A stretch of 46,417 bases of DNA from a virus (lineage: Duplodnaviria; Caudoviricetes): the IMG/VR virus record IMGVR_UViG_3300030372_002865, positions 1-46,417 of that record; one strand, given 5' to 3'. The notes beneath the pieces are model-generated. The model was not told the DNA's origin. It was given only the letters and a program-made list of their open reading frames with translations, and did not search any database. Of the stretch, positions 24,993 to 35,741 are shown in pieces (position 1 is the first letter of the stretch; the number at the start of each line of letters is the position of its first letter). Both the position numbers and the translations under genes were made by a program.

Positions 24993-27900
24993 CCCATTAA
25001 CCCACCGATACCACTTTTAATCAAGTTACTTGCCATATCGTTTGGAAACAAGGCTGCGTACTTGTTCCTGTCTACAGGGCCACTAGACGTATTGGTCTGA
25101 GGTTGTACTGGAGGCAAATTTTGAGACGTTAAAATTGGTTTTGTTGTTTCATTTAAATTTGACGTATTTATTTCTCTTGATTTTTTAAAACGTTCTAAAA
25201 GTCTTTTGTTTCTTTCTATTGTTCCGGGTTCTGGCTCAGGTAATCCAGGGTAACCGTAATAAGGTCTATCTTCTTCTGTTCTCTGGTCCTGTTCATATGC
25301 TTCTCGAATTGCATAAGGAATTACAGGCTGACCTGTTTCAAAAAACTTTTTCGTTAGGTACTCTGTAACGTTTTTGTATTGAATAGTTAAATTTCTATTA
25401 CCTTCGGCTCCTTTAAGCTCTCCCGAAGCTTTTCGCATTAACATAGCGGCAAGTTTTGGATCTCTAAAAACCATGTCAACAAGTTCCATTTTTTTAGTGG
25501 CGGGTAATTCTTTGATTAAGTTTCTAAATTCACGAACAGCTATTCCTGACGCGGTCAAAACACCGGGGCCACTCTGCCCGCCTGTAACTGTTTTATAGGC
25601 CGTTGAACCAGCTGCCGAACCTATAATACCTGTTACTAAATCTATCAAAACGGAGCTTTCTTGATCGCTTAATGCATCTAACGATTTTGCAGCAGCAGCA
25701 GATTCTACCCTTACCATTTGAGAGCCCATTAATTTAAATCTGTAAGCCTCTTGCTTTGTAAAAATCCCATTTTTTTCAGCTAAATCCATTAAGGAAATAG
25801 TTCTTCCGTCTTGTAACGGAGCAAATAAAGTTTTATAAAAAGTAGAAAAAGACATTGTATCAGGGTTTTCTACTCCTGATCTAAGGCCCGCTAAAGAAAA
25901 AATTGTAGATCGTAAAGCATCTTTAGTTATTTTTTCATCAACTCCCGTTCTTTCTCCGTTTCTTAACGCATTTTGAAATAACTTATCTACATTAATAAAA
26001 GGAACGTCTGATCTCATAGTTTGTTCAAGTAAAATACTTGGAGAAACACCATTTAACAGAGAAGATAGTGTTTTGTTATTTTTAATAGCTTTCTCAGTTC
26101 TTTCTTGAGTTACGTCAAAGACACGCAACATATTTGTAGTTCTAACTACTTCTCTTGTATCTTTTTCTAATTGTGGAAAAACGTCTAAAAGATCTTTATT
26201 TTGATCTCTCCATTGAGCTAAAGCATCTGCGTTTACTACATATTCTACTTTTTTTGTTTTAGGGTTAAATTTTTTGGTAACTGCCATTTCTTTAAGATTT
26301 CTTACATGCAACTGCACCAAATTACCTACCGTGCTAAACAAGTTTCCTTGTAAATTTTCAGGAACGTCAACGTTATTTTTTTTAAATTGTTTTGTAGAAA
26401 AGTTTGCAAACTCTTCAAGCTGTCTTATTCTACTTATTGTAACGGAAGGCCCCCCGCGAATAAATTCTGCTATTGAATTTTCTGGGGAAACTGTACGTTT
26501 ACCCGCTCTAGTTGTGTCTACAAGTCTACCAAGAACAAGCCGATCTATTACGTCATGTTTTCCTTTTGTAAAACTTCTGGCTGTATTATATAATTCAGTA
26601 AATTCTTTGAGTTTGTCAACATCTACAAATGTTTGAGCACTTCCTTCTTTAACAGAAAGTGTTTCTAAATCTTTTAAAATAGATTCTCCTATTAAACCCA
26701 ATCTTCTTCCATAGTCTGCTGTTTCTGGATTGTTATATAAAGAACGAGAAGCTGCTAAAATTTCAGATCTAAGTTCGGTTAATTGTTTAGAACTTAGGGG
26801 CCCCGTAATTTCTAAATCACTAAAATTGCGTTCTCTTGCTTTTGCTATATTTGTTTGATTTAATTTAACAGACTCAAGTTCTCTATATTTTTGGACAGTA
26901 TTAAGAATTTTTCTTCCATAACTTGCCACAGGAGGTGAAAAACCCTCTTTCAAGTTTTCTTTAATAGTTGCCTCTATTATATCTAAACGTTCTATTCTTT
27001 CCAGAGGAGATAATCCGTCTATGTCAGCTAAAATGTCTGTAAAGTTTCTAAAAGCTCCTTTTGTATCATTATATAAAGGATCGGAAATAGACTTGGCTTT
27101 TTGAAAAGCCTCTTCATATTCAGATATTATTTTTATTTGTGTTGCTTCTAAAGGGGGATTTACCTCTAACCCAAGAGATCTTTTGTGGTCGTGAATAACT
27201 CTAAATATTTTTTGTACGGCACTATTTTTAAAAAATTCAGATCTTAAAGAATCATTTTCAAAATCAGTGCTGATTTCGTCAAACATTTTCATATAATTAG
27301 GTAAATTTTCTTGAATAGCGTTAAACGCTTCGATGTATTCTGGGGAACCTTTTTCTGCAACAATAGTAAAATCGTCAGGGCTAAACATTTCTACTTTAGG
27401 TAATTTGTCCCAAAGTTTCGTTTCTAAATCCCCTAACTCAGCCATGGTTTCTTCTATAAGTTCCATAAACTTTGAGCTTATTTGTGCTTGGCTTGGTGCA
27501 TCTTTTGGCTTTAACGTAAGAACAGCATCCATAAAAGGCGTTAATTTTCTCTGAAGGTGGAACTGCATAAGTTCTTCAAAAAGACCTGTTCGTAATTTAG
27601 CCGCTTGTCGTAAAGAGTCTGGATCTCCCATCTCTTCATAACCTTTTATCATTTTAATAAAAATGTCAGTTGCTTTTTGTTGTGCAACTCGTCGGGCTTT
27701 GTCTAATTCAGGGTTTTTAGAAGCTCGTGCCGCTTCAAAAAATTTAAAAATAGGATCGTCGGCTCTTTGAGCTACAGTAAAATCTACTCCGGGAAAAGCT
27801 TCAGCTAATAAAGCGTTTATTTCGGGATCGTCTAAAGCGTTAGCAAGATTCCTTGCGTCCGTTTCACGACCATATCTTTCGTATATTTTTTGTAATTTAT

Positions 27901-28939
27901 TAAATAAACTTTGTTGTTGTTGCTCGGATATTTTATCAATCGCGCCGGGGAAACCTCCTGTTTCGGTAAGCACTTTCGGCAACATTTTAGCTAACAACAC
28001 ACCTCCCGCAGAACTTCCTATTAATTCTGAGCCTAAACGAGTTCCCGCTCCTCCGGGGTCTATCGTTTCAGCTAAATAAGCTGCCGTACTTGCACCGGGA
28101 ACCGCTAACCCTTCAAGAAAAGCCGTGGTTTTAGGCGAATACTTTGCAGATTTCCCCATAGTTTCAAAAAGACTTTCAAAAAAAGCGGTGGCTTTTATAG
28201 CAAAAGGTGTTTTTTCTCCAGCATCAATAAAGTTTTTTGCTAAGGTTCTTGCTCCCACATCTACCGTCTCTTTTATTAAATGTGGAAAAAATATACTAGC
28301 AAGTCCTCCTCCCATTGTTCGATAAGACTCATACAGAGCTTTTTGGTTTGGTAATATAACGGGATCTTCTCCCATAACAGCTTCTTCAATCGCATCCGCT
28401 CCCTCATATAATAAAAAGCTGCTGGCTAAAAAAGATGTAAGGGTTGTTGCTAACCCTCCTCCTATAAGATACGGATTTCCGCTTCGTATGGCTGGCGGCA
28501 TAACTTTAGAACCAACATAAGAAGAAGCTTTTAGACCGCCATAAATACTAGGAGCCGTTTTAAACGCTTCTCCAAGAACAGGTCTAGCAAACGTAGCGGG
28601 TTCGACATTACTAAATAAAATTTGAATAGGGTCATCGGAAGGACCAAACAAAGCTCTTCTTTCTGCCACGGATAGGTCTTTGTATTGGTCAATATAATTA
28701 AAAATTGTTGCTTCGCCCGATTTTAAAAGAGGGTATGATAAAAAGTCTGGATCTTTTTCTATTTCTTTTTCAAAAACCTTTTCGTAAATACTTACTAATT
28801 CATTAGTAAAGATTTTTCCCGGATCTTGCGACTTTGGATACTGCAATCGATAGTCATCAATCTGTTCATTAGTTACAAGTAATGGATCGATAGTTAGTTT
28901 ACCGTCTTTAATTTCGCTTTTGTTTTTGCTTACGTCCAT
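24989..28939 (-). CDS. Large internal virion/ejection protein
   Basis: 1316 aa, helical, with hydrophobic Gly-rich segments. Last gene of the structural operon. Confidence 0.65.
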   Translation of the reverse strand: MDVSKNKSEIKDGKLTIDPLLVTNEQIDDYRLQYPKSQDPGKIFTNELVSIYEKVFEKEIEKDPDFLSYPLLKSGEATIFNYIDQYKDLSVAERRALFGPSDDPIQILFSNVEPATFARPVLGEAFKTAPSIYGGLKASSYVGSKVMPPAIRSGNPYLIGGGLATTLTSFLASSFLLYEGADAIEEAVMGEDPVILPNQKALYESYRTMGGGLASIFFPHLIKETVDVGARTLAKNFIDAGEKTPFAIKATAFFESLFETMGKSAKYSPKTTAFLEGLAVPGASTAAYLAETIDPGGAGTRLGSELIGSSAGGVLLAKMLPKVLTETGGFPGAIDKISEQQQQSLFNKLQKIYERYGRETDARNLANALDDPEINALLAEAFPGVDFTVAQRADDPIFKFFEAARASKNPELDKARRVAQQKATDIFIKMIKGYEEMGDPDSLRQAAKLRTGLFEELMQFHLQRKLTPFMDAVLTLKPKDAPSQAQISSKFMELIEETMAELGDLETKLWDKLPKVEMFSPDDFTIVAEKGSPEYIEAFNAIQENLPNYMKMFDEISTDFENDSLRSEFFKNSAVQKIFRVIHDHKRSLGLEVNPPLEATQIKIISEYEEAFQKAKSISDPLYNDTKGAFRNFTDILADIDGLSPLERIERLDIIEATIKENLKEGFSPPVASYGRKILNTVQKYRELESVKLNQTNIAKARERNFSDLEITGPLSSKQLTELRSEILAASRSLYNNPETADYGRRLGLIGESILKDLETLSVKEGSAQTFVDVDKLKEFTELYNTARSFTKGKHDVIDRLVLGRLVDTTRAGKRTVSPENSIAEFIRGGPSVTISRIRQLEEFANFSTKQFKKNNVDVPENLQGNLFSTVGNLVQLHVRNLKEMAVTKKFNPKTKKVEYVVNADALAQWRDQNKDLLDVFPQLEKDTREVVRTTNMLRVFDVTQERTEKAIKNNKTLSSLLNGVSPSILLEQTMRSDVPFINVDKLFQNALRNGERTGVDEKITKDALRSTIFSLAGLRSGVENPDTMSFSTFYKTLFAPLQDGRTISLMDLAEKNGIFTKQEAYRFKLMGSQMVRVESAAAAKSLDALSDQESSVLIDLVTGIIGSAAGSTAYKTVTGGQSGPGVLTASGIAVREFRNLIKELPATKKMELVDMVFRDPKLAAMLMRKASGELKGAEGNRNLTIQYKNVTEYLTKKFFETGQPVIPYAIREAYEQDQRTEEDRPYYGYPGLPEPEPGTIERNKRLLERFKKSREINTSNLNETTKPILTSQNLPPVQPQTNTSSGPVDRNKYAALFPNDMASNLIKSGIGGLMG

Positions 28940-31582
28940 TTATTTATTAAAATCCTCTGTTGCGTCTGATGCAAAACTTGAGGCATCTAGAATGTTAGAA
29001 CTAGTGTCGCTTGAAGCGCTCATTGCTTTACCAACAGCATCTCCAAATATATTTGCCTCGTAAATACCAACAGCTACGGTTAATTCTGAAATCATACCTT
29101 GTAACTCCTGTGCGCCTATTCTTGCTTCTACCAAATCATTAAAACCATATAATCGAGGTTGGTCTAATTTTGACAATTCTCTTTCGTAGGCATCAGTAAA
29201 ACTATCTCGTAAAGCTAATAAAGCACTTAATGCATCTATATCGGATTTTAACGCACCCGGTTCAATGGCAGAAGCTAATTTTTGAATATTTGTAACGTCA
29301 AGAGCAAACGCTTTTCCTGTAATTTCTCGTCGTGAAACGATTTGAATTTTTCTTGAAAGGTTGTCTAATATTTTCTTAGCTTGTGAATTTATCTTACCTG
29401 AATCGCCAGCATACCCCTCACCGACGCCAATAGGTTTAAATATAACGCCAGCCATAAAATTTCCAAAATCTGGTAATATTTTACCAATGTCTTGAGCTAC
29501 GGAAAGATCGATTGTGCCATTTACTAAAAAGGTTGGTTTTGCTGCAAAGTTGTCATAATCAACTGCGCCTGTTTCATCTCTCTCAATCGGCACTAAATCC
29601 TGTTTAATCTCACTAGGCTGTATTGGGTAAGCTGGTATTGATAACTTGCCTCCCTCTTCGTTTATTTTTTCTCTACTATTAATCGCCTCTAAAATATTTT
29701 TAGGTAACGTCATTTTTGGTTTTGTTATTTCATACCCAAGGTTAGGGTCCATACTCGTTTGTGTTTCAGATAAAACAGTTATCAAATTATTTATCATATT
29801 TACTTGAGCCGGATTGGATTGATCTAAGGTTCCGTTAGCATAAGCCTCTACAATTTCTGGATTAGAAATTAGGGTGAGGAACAACCCTCGTTCGCTGTCT
29901 GGTAATTCGGGAATACTTTGTATCGCTTGCTTATATAAATCACCATTATCTGTATAGCCCTCCTCCGTAATAAGTTTTATAATTTCAGCTTTATTAGCTA
30001 CACTATTATCAAAAGTTCTTACAGTAGATCCATCGGAGCTAAATAATGTAATAAGGTTAGCGGGCTGAGGCGCAGCACCCAAACTTCCTTTGAAAGCAGA
30101 TATTTCTTTATTTGTTGCGTAGAAACCCTCGCCTTTAGCTATTTTGTCACCATTTAGTAGTGTAATAGGAGAAGTTGCATATACAAGTTTCGTGGGTTCT
30201 CCTTCATCCGCTCTAATAAGAGATCTCGCCTTTGCTTCCATATAAGGCCCTATTTGCTCTGAGGTCATATAAGATTTATTTGAGTTTAAAAACTTAAAAT
30301 AGTCATCATTCTTTGACTTAAACCTTTTAACCATTTGAAGCGTTCCGTCTTTATCTAGCTCATAGACAATTGACTCATCAATCGTAAATTCTTCCTTTAT
30401 AACCTCTTTCTTTCTAAAAGTATCTAACTCAATAAGCTGTTTTTGTTTCTCAGAAAGATTTGTATTAAAACCTGATTTAATTTTATCATTAATTTCATTA
30501 ATAGTAGCTATAAAATCTCCAGGAGTTCCTACTGTAATTTCTGTTACGGATTCTGTTCCGTCCTTGGCTACTTCAGTTTTGTACATAGGCACTTGAGAAG
30601 TGTCAAAATTTCTTTGTCTTAAATCGTTTTCAATTTCTCTAATAGATGCCACGGCAGTATCATACTCTGTAGATATTCCTTCTAACCAATTATTCTTTTT
30701 AAGAAGAGCAGCTGCACCTGTATCACTTGCCTGAATTTGTCTTATTTCGGGAATAAGGATGTAATTTTCGGCTTTTACTCTTTCCTCTTCAGGTAATAAA
30801 GGATTAGGCCCTCTAGACACTCTGTAAAAAGTTGAAATGTCAGTAGGCTGTAAATCTGTTTGTGTTAATTTGACACCCTTTTTAATAAGCCTGTTTGCAG
30901 CAAACGGAGTTAAAGATAATATTTCACTTTTGTTGTAAGTCTTACCACCAATAATTCTAGTGTTTCCAACAAAATAGTTGGTTGGAGCTTTGCCAATATC
31001 CTCAATTAGGGGTTTTACTGTTGTTTCGGTGAAAAAATTACCAGTTTTAACTTTAGCATCATAATTTTTTTTCTGTGTAGGATCTCTATAGTCAAATTCT
31101 CCTTGTATTGAAAGATTTCCTTCAGGGTTTATAAAATATAGGGTCCTCATGTCTGGATTTTTAACTTCATAAAGTTCTTTTTCTCTTTGAAATGCCTCTC
31201 TGGTGTCTCTTTTTGTTAACATTCTATTCACCGCAGCCATATCTACCTGACGCTGTTGTGCGTCCATAGCAGTTTTTGTTTTTTGTAGTTCCGCGGACCG
31301 TGCGCCGACTTTCGGTAAGAATTGACTTGCCGCCGCTGCTCTTGCCAAAGTTGCTGCGGGGCTCTCTCCTCTAACAGGAGGCGTAGACGCAATAATTAAT
31401 CCAGCCTGTGCCAGATCAAACAGAATGTTAGCCCGTGTCATCTTTTTCTGTTCTTCAAGTTCCGAGGCACGTTGTTCGGGGGAACCCAAACCAAATTGAC
31501 TAAACAAAGCCCGTGTTTGCGCTAAGTTCGTCTCGTCTTCTGTACCTAAACCAAACTGACTAAGATCTATCTCTTCCGCCAT
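28940..31582 (-). CDS. Putative internal virion protein
   Basis: 880 aa. Position and N-terminal amphipathic/coiled segments. Confidence 0.6.
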   Translation of the reverse strand: MAEEIDLSQFGLGTEDETNLAQTRALFSQFGLGSPEQRASELEEQKKMTRANILFDLAQAGLIIASTPPVRGESPAATLARAAAASQFLPKVGARSAELQKTKTAMDAQQRQVDMAAVNRMLTKRDTREAFQREKELYEVKNPDMRTLYFINPEGNLSIQGEFDYRDPTQKKNYDAKVKTGNFFTETTVKPLIEDIGKAPTNYFVGNTRIIGGKTYNKSEILSLTPFAANRLIKKGVKLTQTDLQPTDISTFYRVSRGPNPLLPEEERVKAENYILIPEIRQIQASDTGAAALLKKNNWLEGISTEYDTAVASIREIENDLRQRNFDTSQVPMYKTEVAKDGTESVTEITVGTPGDFIATINEINDKIKSGFNTNLSEKQKQLIELDTFRKKEVIKEEFTIDESIVYELDKDGTLQMVKRFKSKNDDYFKFLNSNKSYMTSEQIGPYMEAKARSLIRADEGEPTKLVYATSPITLLNGDKIAKGEGFYATNKEISAFKGSLGAAPQPANLITLFSSDGSTVRTFDNSVANKAEIIKLITEEGYTDNGDLYKQAIQSIPELPDSERGLFLTLISNPEIVEAYANGTLDQSNPAQVNMINNLITVLSETQTSMDPNLGYEITKPKMTLPKNILEAINSREKINEEGGKLSIPAYPIQPSEIKQDLVPIERDETGAVDYDNFAAKPTFLVNGTIDLSVAQDIGKILPDFGNFMAGVIFKPIGVGEGYAGDSGKINSQAKKILDNLSRKIQIVSRREITGKAFALDVTNIQKLASAIEPGALKSDIDALSALLALRDSFTDAYERELSKLDQPRLYGFNDLVEARIGAQELQGMISELTVAVGIYEANIFGDAVGKAMSASSDTSSNILDASSFASDATEDFNK

Positions 31583-32749
31583 TTATACCCCCTGTGGTTG
31601 ACCCGCCATGGACATAATACCGCCCGCCATTTCTCCTTCAATAGGTTGGGTCATTTCTTCCTGAGCCAGACCGCCTATACCTTGATCTACCGAAGCCATT
31701 ACCATTACAGGCTGTACCAAAGCAAGAACAGATTCAGGTGTTTGGGTTGCGTCCTCTTCTCCAACAACCCCTGCCAGTTCCTCGTACCTAGCTTCTATAG
31801 GCTGTTCATCCCCTCGGATTGTATTCATCATCTGTTCGTAATTTTCCGCATCGTCTATTTGAGGGACCTGTCCTTCCATTTGAGATAGAGTCTGCTCTAC
31901 CATAGCAGGATCTATTCCAGCCATCGGGGCCGCGGGCATTGGTGGGGAAGATTGTCCCGCCCCCATTTGTGGTAGAGCAGCTATACCAACGTTGCCACCT
32001 TCCTGCATAGGTACTGCAACCTCTGGTCGAGGCACGTTGCCCATTTCAAGATTATTCAAAATACGCATTTTTTCCCCTTCGGTAAGCATATCCCATTCGC
32101 TAGGTCTGGGGCCACCCTGTTGCATTACAGTTGCGCTAGGCGCATCGGGGTAAGGTATATTTGTTGGGGCCATTTCTTGTACAGGTGCGGGTGTAGGTGG
32201 ATTAGCTGGTGTTGCTCCCGCCGCATTAGCCAAAGCTAATAAACGTAGAACCTCTTCTACAGACACACCTCTTTGCTCTGCTATCTTCTGAATTATAGTG
32301 GATTCTCGCTGTTGTCTCATTCTGTCTATCTGATCTAGTTCATTCGCCATCTGAACACTAACAGGAACAGGCGGTCTTCCAGCAGCTGGCATGAACTGTG
32401 AACCTTGGTCCGCGTACATCGGGGCGCCACCGTTTGCCATAAGCACAGGAGGTTGTTCCTCTGTCGCTTTATCTGGGGAATCAAACACATCTGCTTGTGT
32501 CGCTTTTTGTGTAAAAGCAATCGCTCTTGGAGGTTTAAGCCCCCCAATGCCGTACATATTTCCATCAAAATCGATCTCAAAACGATCTTCTGCCATATCC
32601 CGAACTTCTCCGAGAAAACCGCCTATATTACCTTCTTCCTTACGCCCAATCTGGTCCATAATATCTTTACCAAAAGGACTTAAAGCTCCGTATTGACCAC
32701 CAAACATAGGTCTTTGAAAAGGATTGTTGTTATAAAACCTATAAGACAT
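31583..32749 (-). CDS. Low-complexity M/P/Q-rich virion-associated protein
   Basis: 388 aa with repeated MxxGG motifs. Confidence 0.6.
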   Translation of the reverse strand: MSYRFYNNNPFQRPMFGGQYGALSPFGKDIMDQIGRKEEGNIGGFLGEVRDMAEDRFEIDFDGNMYGIGGLKPPRAIAFTQKATQADVFDSPDKATEEQPPVLMANGGAPMYADQGSQFMPAAGRPPVPVSVQMANELDQIDRMRQQRESTIIQKIAEQRGVSVEEVLRLLALANAAGATPANPPTPAPVQEMAPTNIPYPDAPSATVMQQGGPRPSEWDMLTEGEKMRILNNLEMGNVPRPEVAVPMQEGGNVGIAALPQMGAGQSSPPMPAAPMAGIDPAMVEQTLSQMEGQVPQIDDAENYEQMMNTIRGDEQPIEARYEELAGVVGEEDATQTPESVLALVQPVMVMASVDQGIGGLAQEEMTQPIEGEMAGGIMSMAGQPQGV

Positions 32750-33567
32750 TAGCCGAATAACCCCGCTTCTTTAGCTCCCGCAAAAGCGCTCAACCCAGAA
32801 ATACCTAAACCAAGAGCGGTTTGAAGGGGCGATACGTTAGGCGTAGAGGCCGTTGTAATTGTTTGTTGCGTGGACGGCGCACCTCTGTAAATGTCCGAAA
32901 GATAAGATAGTCTCTGATATGGTTCGTAAAGTTGTGCCATTTGTGCTTTATAAGCATTATCATACATAGACTGCAAGTTGCTTCTTTCCAGACCGCCAAG
33001 TTGTGTCAAAGCGTTAATGTCTTGCAAATTCTGGCTTTGTAACTGTCCGCCTAAACTCGCTATGCCTCCTGCGGCTTGTGCCCGTCTAGCCATTTCGTTT
33101 TGAGCCATGCCTCCTGCCGCCTCATACGCTTGCGCTTCCGCAAGAGCTTGCTGTTGCGCCCTCTGCCCGCCAATCATTCTTTGGTTTATCGCGCCCGCAG
33201 AACCTCCAAAAGGATTTGCTGTACCACGATTAGACTGCGCTAATTGTTGGTCAAAAGACCTGTCTATCTGTTGTCTCAAAGCTTCCTGATAAGGATTTTG
33301 ATATTGAGCTATCATTTCAGGAGTAATTGCTTCCCCACTACCTTTGTACGCGGCTAACGCATCCTGTATATATGGCATATAGGCGCCAATACCTGACGTA
33401 GCCAATCCCATAGCTTCCCGCTCTAATGGACTGAGGCCCGCGATCTGTTGTAAAGGAAGATTAATTGGTTGATCCGTAAGCCCTTTAGCGGCGTTTAGTA
33501 ATGCCAGCTTGTAGGCTTCTACCTCTGGAGATTCGCTAACTATCTGTTTTGTTGTCTCTATTGCCAT
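32749..33567 (-). CDS. Putative DNA ejection/pilot protein
   Basis: Q/A/G-rich with YQNPY motif and a C-terminal hydrophobic Gly-rich segment. Confidence 0.6.
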   Translation of the reverse strand: MAIETTKQIVSESPEVEAYKLALLNAAKGLTDQPINLPLQQIAGLSPLEREAMGLATSGIGAYMPYIQDALAAYKGSGEAITPEMIAQYQNPYQEALRQQIDRSFDQQLAQSNRGTANPFGGSAGAINQRMIGGQRAQQQALAEAQAYEAAGGMAQNEMARRAQAAGGIASLGGQLQSQNLQDINALTQLGGLERSNLQSMYDNAYKAQMAQLYEPYQRLSYLSDIYRGAPSTQQTITTASTPNVSPLQTALGLGISGLSAFAGAKEAGLFG

Positions 33568-35087
33568 TACGCCATCATCCTTCCACGATTTTCAAGGTTT
33601 CGCATCATGTCGTACATGTTATTTATACCTTGATTTAAGTTCCCGTTTCCCGCACCTTTGACTGCATTGGTTGTCATCACGAACTCGCCCGGCATCAACA
33701 TAGCTCGTACACTATCCTTACCTGCTACACCCTCATCAGGTGCTATGCCTCCTGTCCGTCTGGGAAATATTTCCCCACCATCTTTAACAGATTGCACAAA
33801 CGGGTTTTGCATTTGTAGGTTTGCAGAATAATACTGATTTGGTATGCCAAATAGGGATGGGTCTAAATAATTTAGAGCATAGGCACTTGCCTCTGGGTTA
33901 TATTTTTTTGGATTTTTATCTAATTTTTGTTGGCCTGTTTCAAAAGTTATTTCAGGATCTTCTGTCGTGTCCAGCATACCAGTCGCTGCCATTACCCCTG
34001 TTCCTGCCAACGCAAGAGGTCCATACTGTCTAAGAAGATTAGGTTGTAATTTTTCGGTGGCTGTTTTAACTAACTCCGATTGGGTAAGTTTAGCAAATTC
34101 TGGTAAAGTTTTTAACTCTGCAACTTTTGCATTAATAGCTGCGTCGGTAGGGCCCGCAGGAAAGAAAGTATCTTTAAGCAAGTTGCCCGCTGTTTTATAT
34201 TGTTCTCCCGTAGATTGTTGTAAAAAAGGTACTTTAGGAGGGGCCCCTTGAACTGCAAGATTGGTATTTGCCCCATATAATTCACCACTTGCAGTCGGAG
34301 GTCCTTGAACAGGTCCCAGAACATCTGCGGAGGCTTTTCCACTTGGAAAAATGCTTTTGCCTTTTGGCACATATGTGCCTTTTAAGTAAGCATCGATAGG
34401 ATTTTTTAAAAACGCTTTTCCAAAAGTTCCTGCCTGTTGTAACATTGCTGATGGGTTAAGGGCTGTTCCAATACTTTCCATGCCTCCCGTCATGCCTGTA
34501 GTAATTCCCCCCGTCACGCCAGCAAATAAAGCGGACTTTAAAGCGTCTTTAGCAGAACCACCTTGTATTAGCGTTCCTATGCCTGAACCTAAGGCTGCAC
34601 CATAGATGGGACCTAGCAGAGGCGTAAGCAAAATAGCGCCAATAGCAGGAGCTGCTTTCTTCAGTACCTTACCCACCTTCTTAAAAATTTTTCCTACGCC
34701 TCTTAGTATTTTACCAAGAAAAAACTCTGGCATTCCTGTGTCAGGATTGATACTATTCGCGCTCGAACCCACAACGTATCGTTCTGGGTCTTCTATGCCC
34801 AGTTCTTTTAAATGATTAAAGATGGATTCTTTTAGTACGGGGTTCTGCTCGATAAGTGCCTTGGGTACAATAATTTCTCCCTTTTGTAAATGAGCTACTG
34901 TATCATCCCCGAAACGCCCGTATGAAGACATTCTGGAGGCAATTTCTTCAAAGTTTGCTATACCAGAATCGCCGAACTGCTCTCTCGCCTCAAGAGCCTC
35001 AATCTGCTTGATTTCATCAGAAGTCATAATGAAGTCGGCAATACCTCCGCTAGGTACTTCGTTTTCCTTTAATAAGGGTTTGCCCAT
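33567..35087 (-). CDS. Putative internal virion protein
   Basis: GRFGDDTVAH..GE, INPDTGMPEF, membrane-like GxxxG stretch, DSVRAMLMPGEFV. Confidence 0.65.
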   Translation of the reverse strand: MGKPLLKENEVPSGGIADFIMTSDEIKQIEALEAREQFGDSGIANFEEIASRMSSYGRFGDDTVAHLQKGEIIVPKALIEQNPVLKESIFNHLKELGIEDPERYVVGSSANSINPDTGMPEFFLGKILRGVGKIFKKVGKVLKKAAPAIGAILLTPLLGPIYGAALGSGIGTLIQGGSAKDALKSALFAGVTGGITTGMTGGMESIGTALNPSAMLQQAGTFGKAFLKNPIDAYLKGTYVPKGKSIFPSGKASADVLGPVQGPPTASGELYGANTNLAVQGAPPKVPFLQQSTGEQYKTAGNLLKDTFFPAGPTDAAINAKVAELKTLPEFAKLTQSELVKTATEKLQPNLLRQYGPLALAGTGVMAATGMLDTTEDPEITFETGQQKLDKNPKKYNPEASAYALNYLDPSLFGIPNQYYSANLQMQNPFVQSVKDGGEIFPRRTGGIAPDEGVAGKDSVRAMLMPGEFVMTTNAVKGAGNGNLNQGINNMYDMMRNLENRGRMMA

Positions 35088-35132
35088 AATGCCTCCAAAT
35101 TTACCTATTCTATCTAATTTTTTATAAAGAGT

Positions 35133-35348
35133 CTACGAAACAATATAATACCCGTCAGGCCAACAGCCCTCTTCTAAACAATGAGATCCTCTATGTTCTG
35201 GACCATCAGGTTTTATTTTTAAACCATGAGTGCGTGTGTTCTTACATTTAGGGCAAGTGAACGTAACGTGAGTGCCCTCTCCCTTCCAAACGGGCCCACC
35301 TCTCGTAACGTGCATGGTGGGTATTAAATTTTCAATTTGTTTTTCCAT
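35133..35348 (-). CDS. Small Cys/His metal-binding protein
   Basis: CPKC..HG..HRGSHC, with GGAG RBS. Confidence 0.6.
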   Translation of the reverse strand: MEKQIENLIPTMHVTRGGPVWKGEGTHVTFTCPKCKNTRTHGLKIKPDGPEHRGSHCLEEGCWPDGYYIVS

Positions 35349-35366
35349 AACTTAGTTCTCCTTATT

Positions 35367-35741
35367 TTAGTTCTTAACCTTTGTAAATTCCTGTATGCTT
35401 GCAACGACATGCAGTTTGTTTGCATCCGCCGCCGTAACTTTTAATATTTCCCCCGATTTCAACACCAAATCTCTTGTCAATAATTCTACTGTCGTAAGAT
35501 ACTCTACACTTAAATTCTTAAATAGAGAAAAAGTAGCTGGCGAATCCGCAGTATCTGTTATTGTAACGGTAATAGTACTTGAACTGGACTGGTCATTAGA
35601 CACCAATATAGAACTAACGATAGACACATTAAATAACGATGCCGAAGGCGCCGTATAAAGTACCGTCGCACCTGTTGACGTTAAATCAACCTTAGCGTTT
35701 GTTATACCCTGTAAATACTGATCTATACCGTTTATAAACAT
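35367..35741 (-). CDS. Small beta-rich virion protein
   Basis: LYTAP..SILVSN..LVLKSGEILKVTA. Confidence 0.7.
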   Translation of the reverse strand: MFINGIDQYLQGITNAKVDLTSTGATVLYTAPSASLFNVSIVSSILVSNDQSSSSTITVTITDTADSPATFSLFKNLSVEYLTTVELLTRDLVLKSGEILKVTAADANKLHVVASIQEFTKVKN

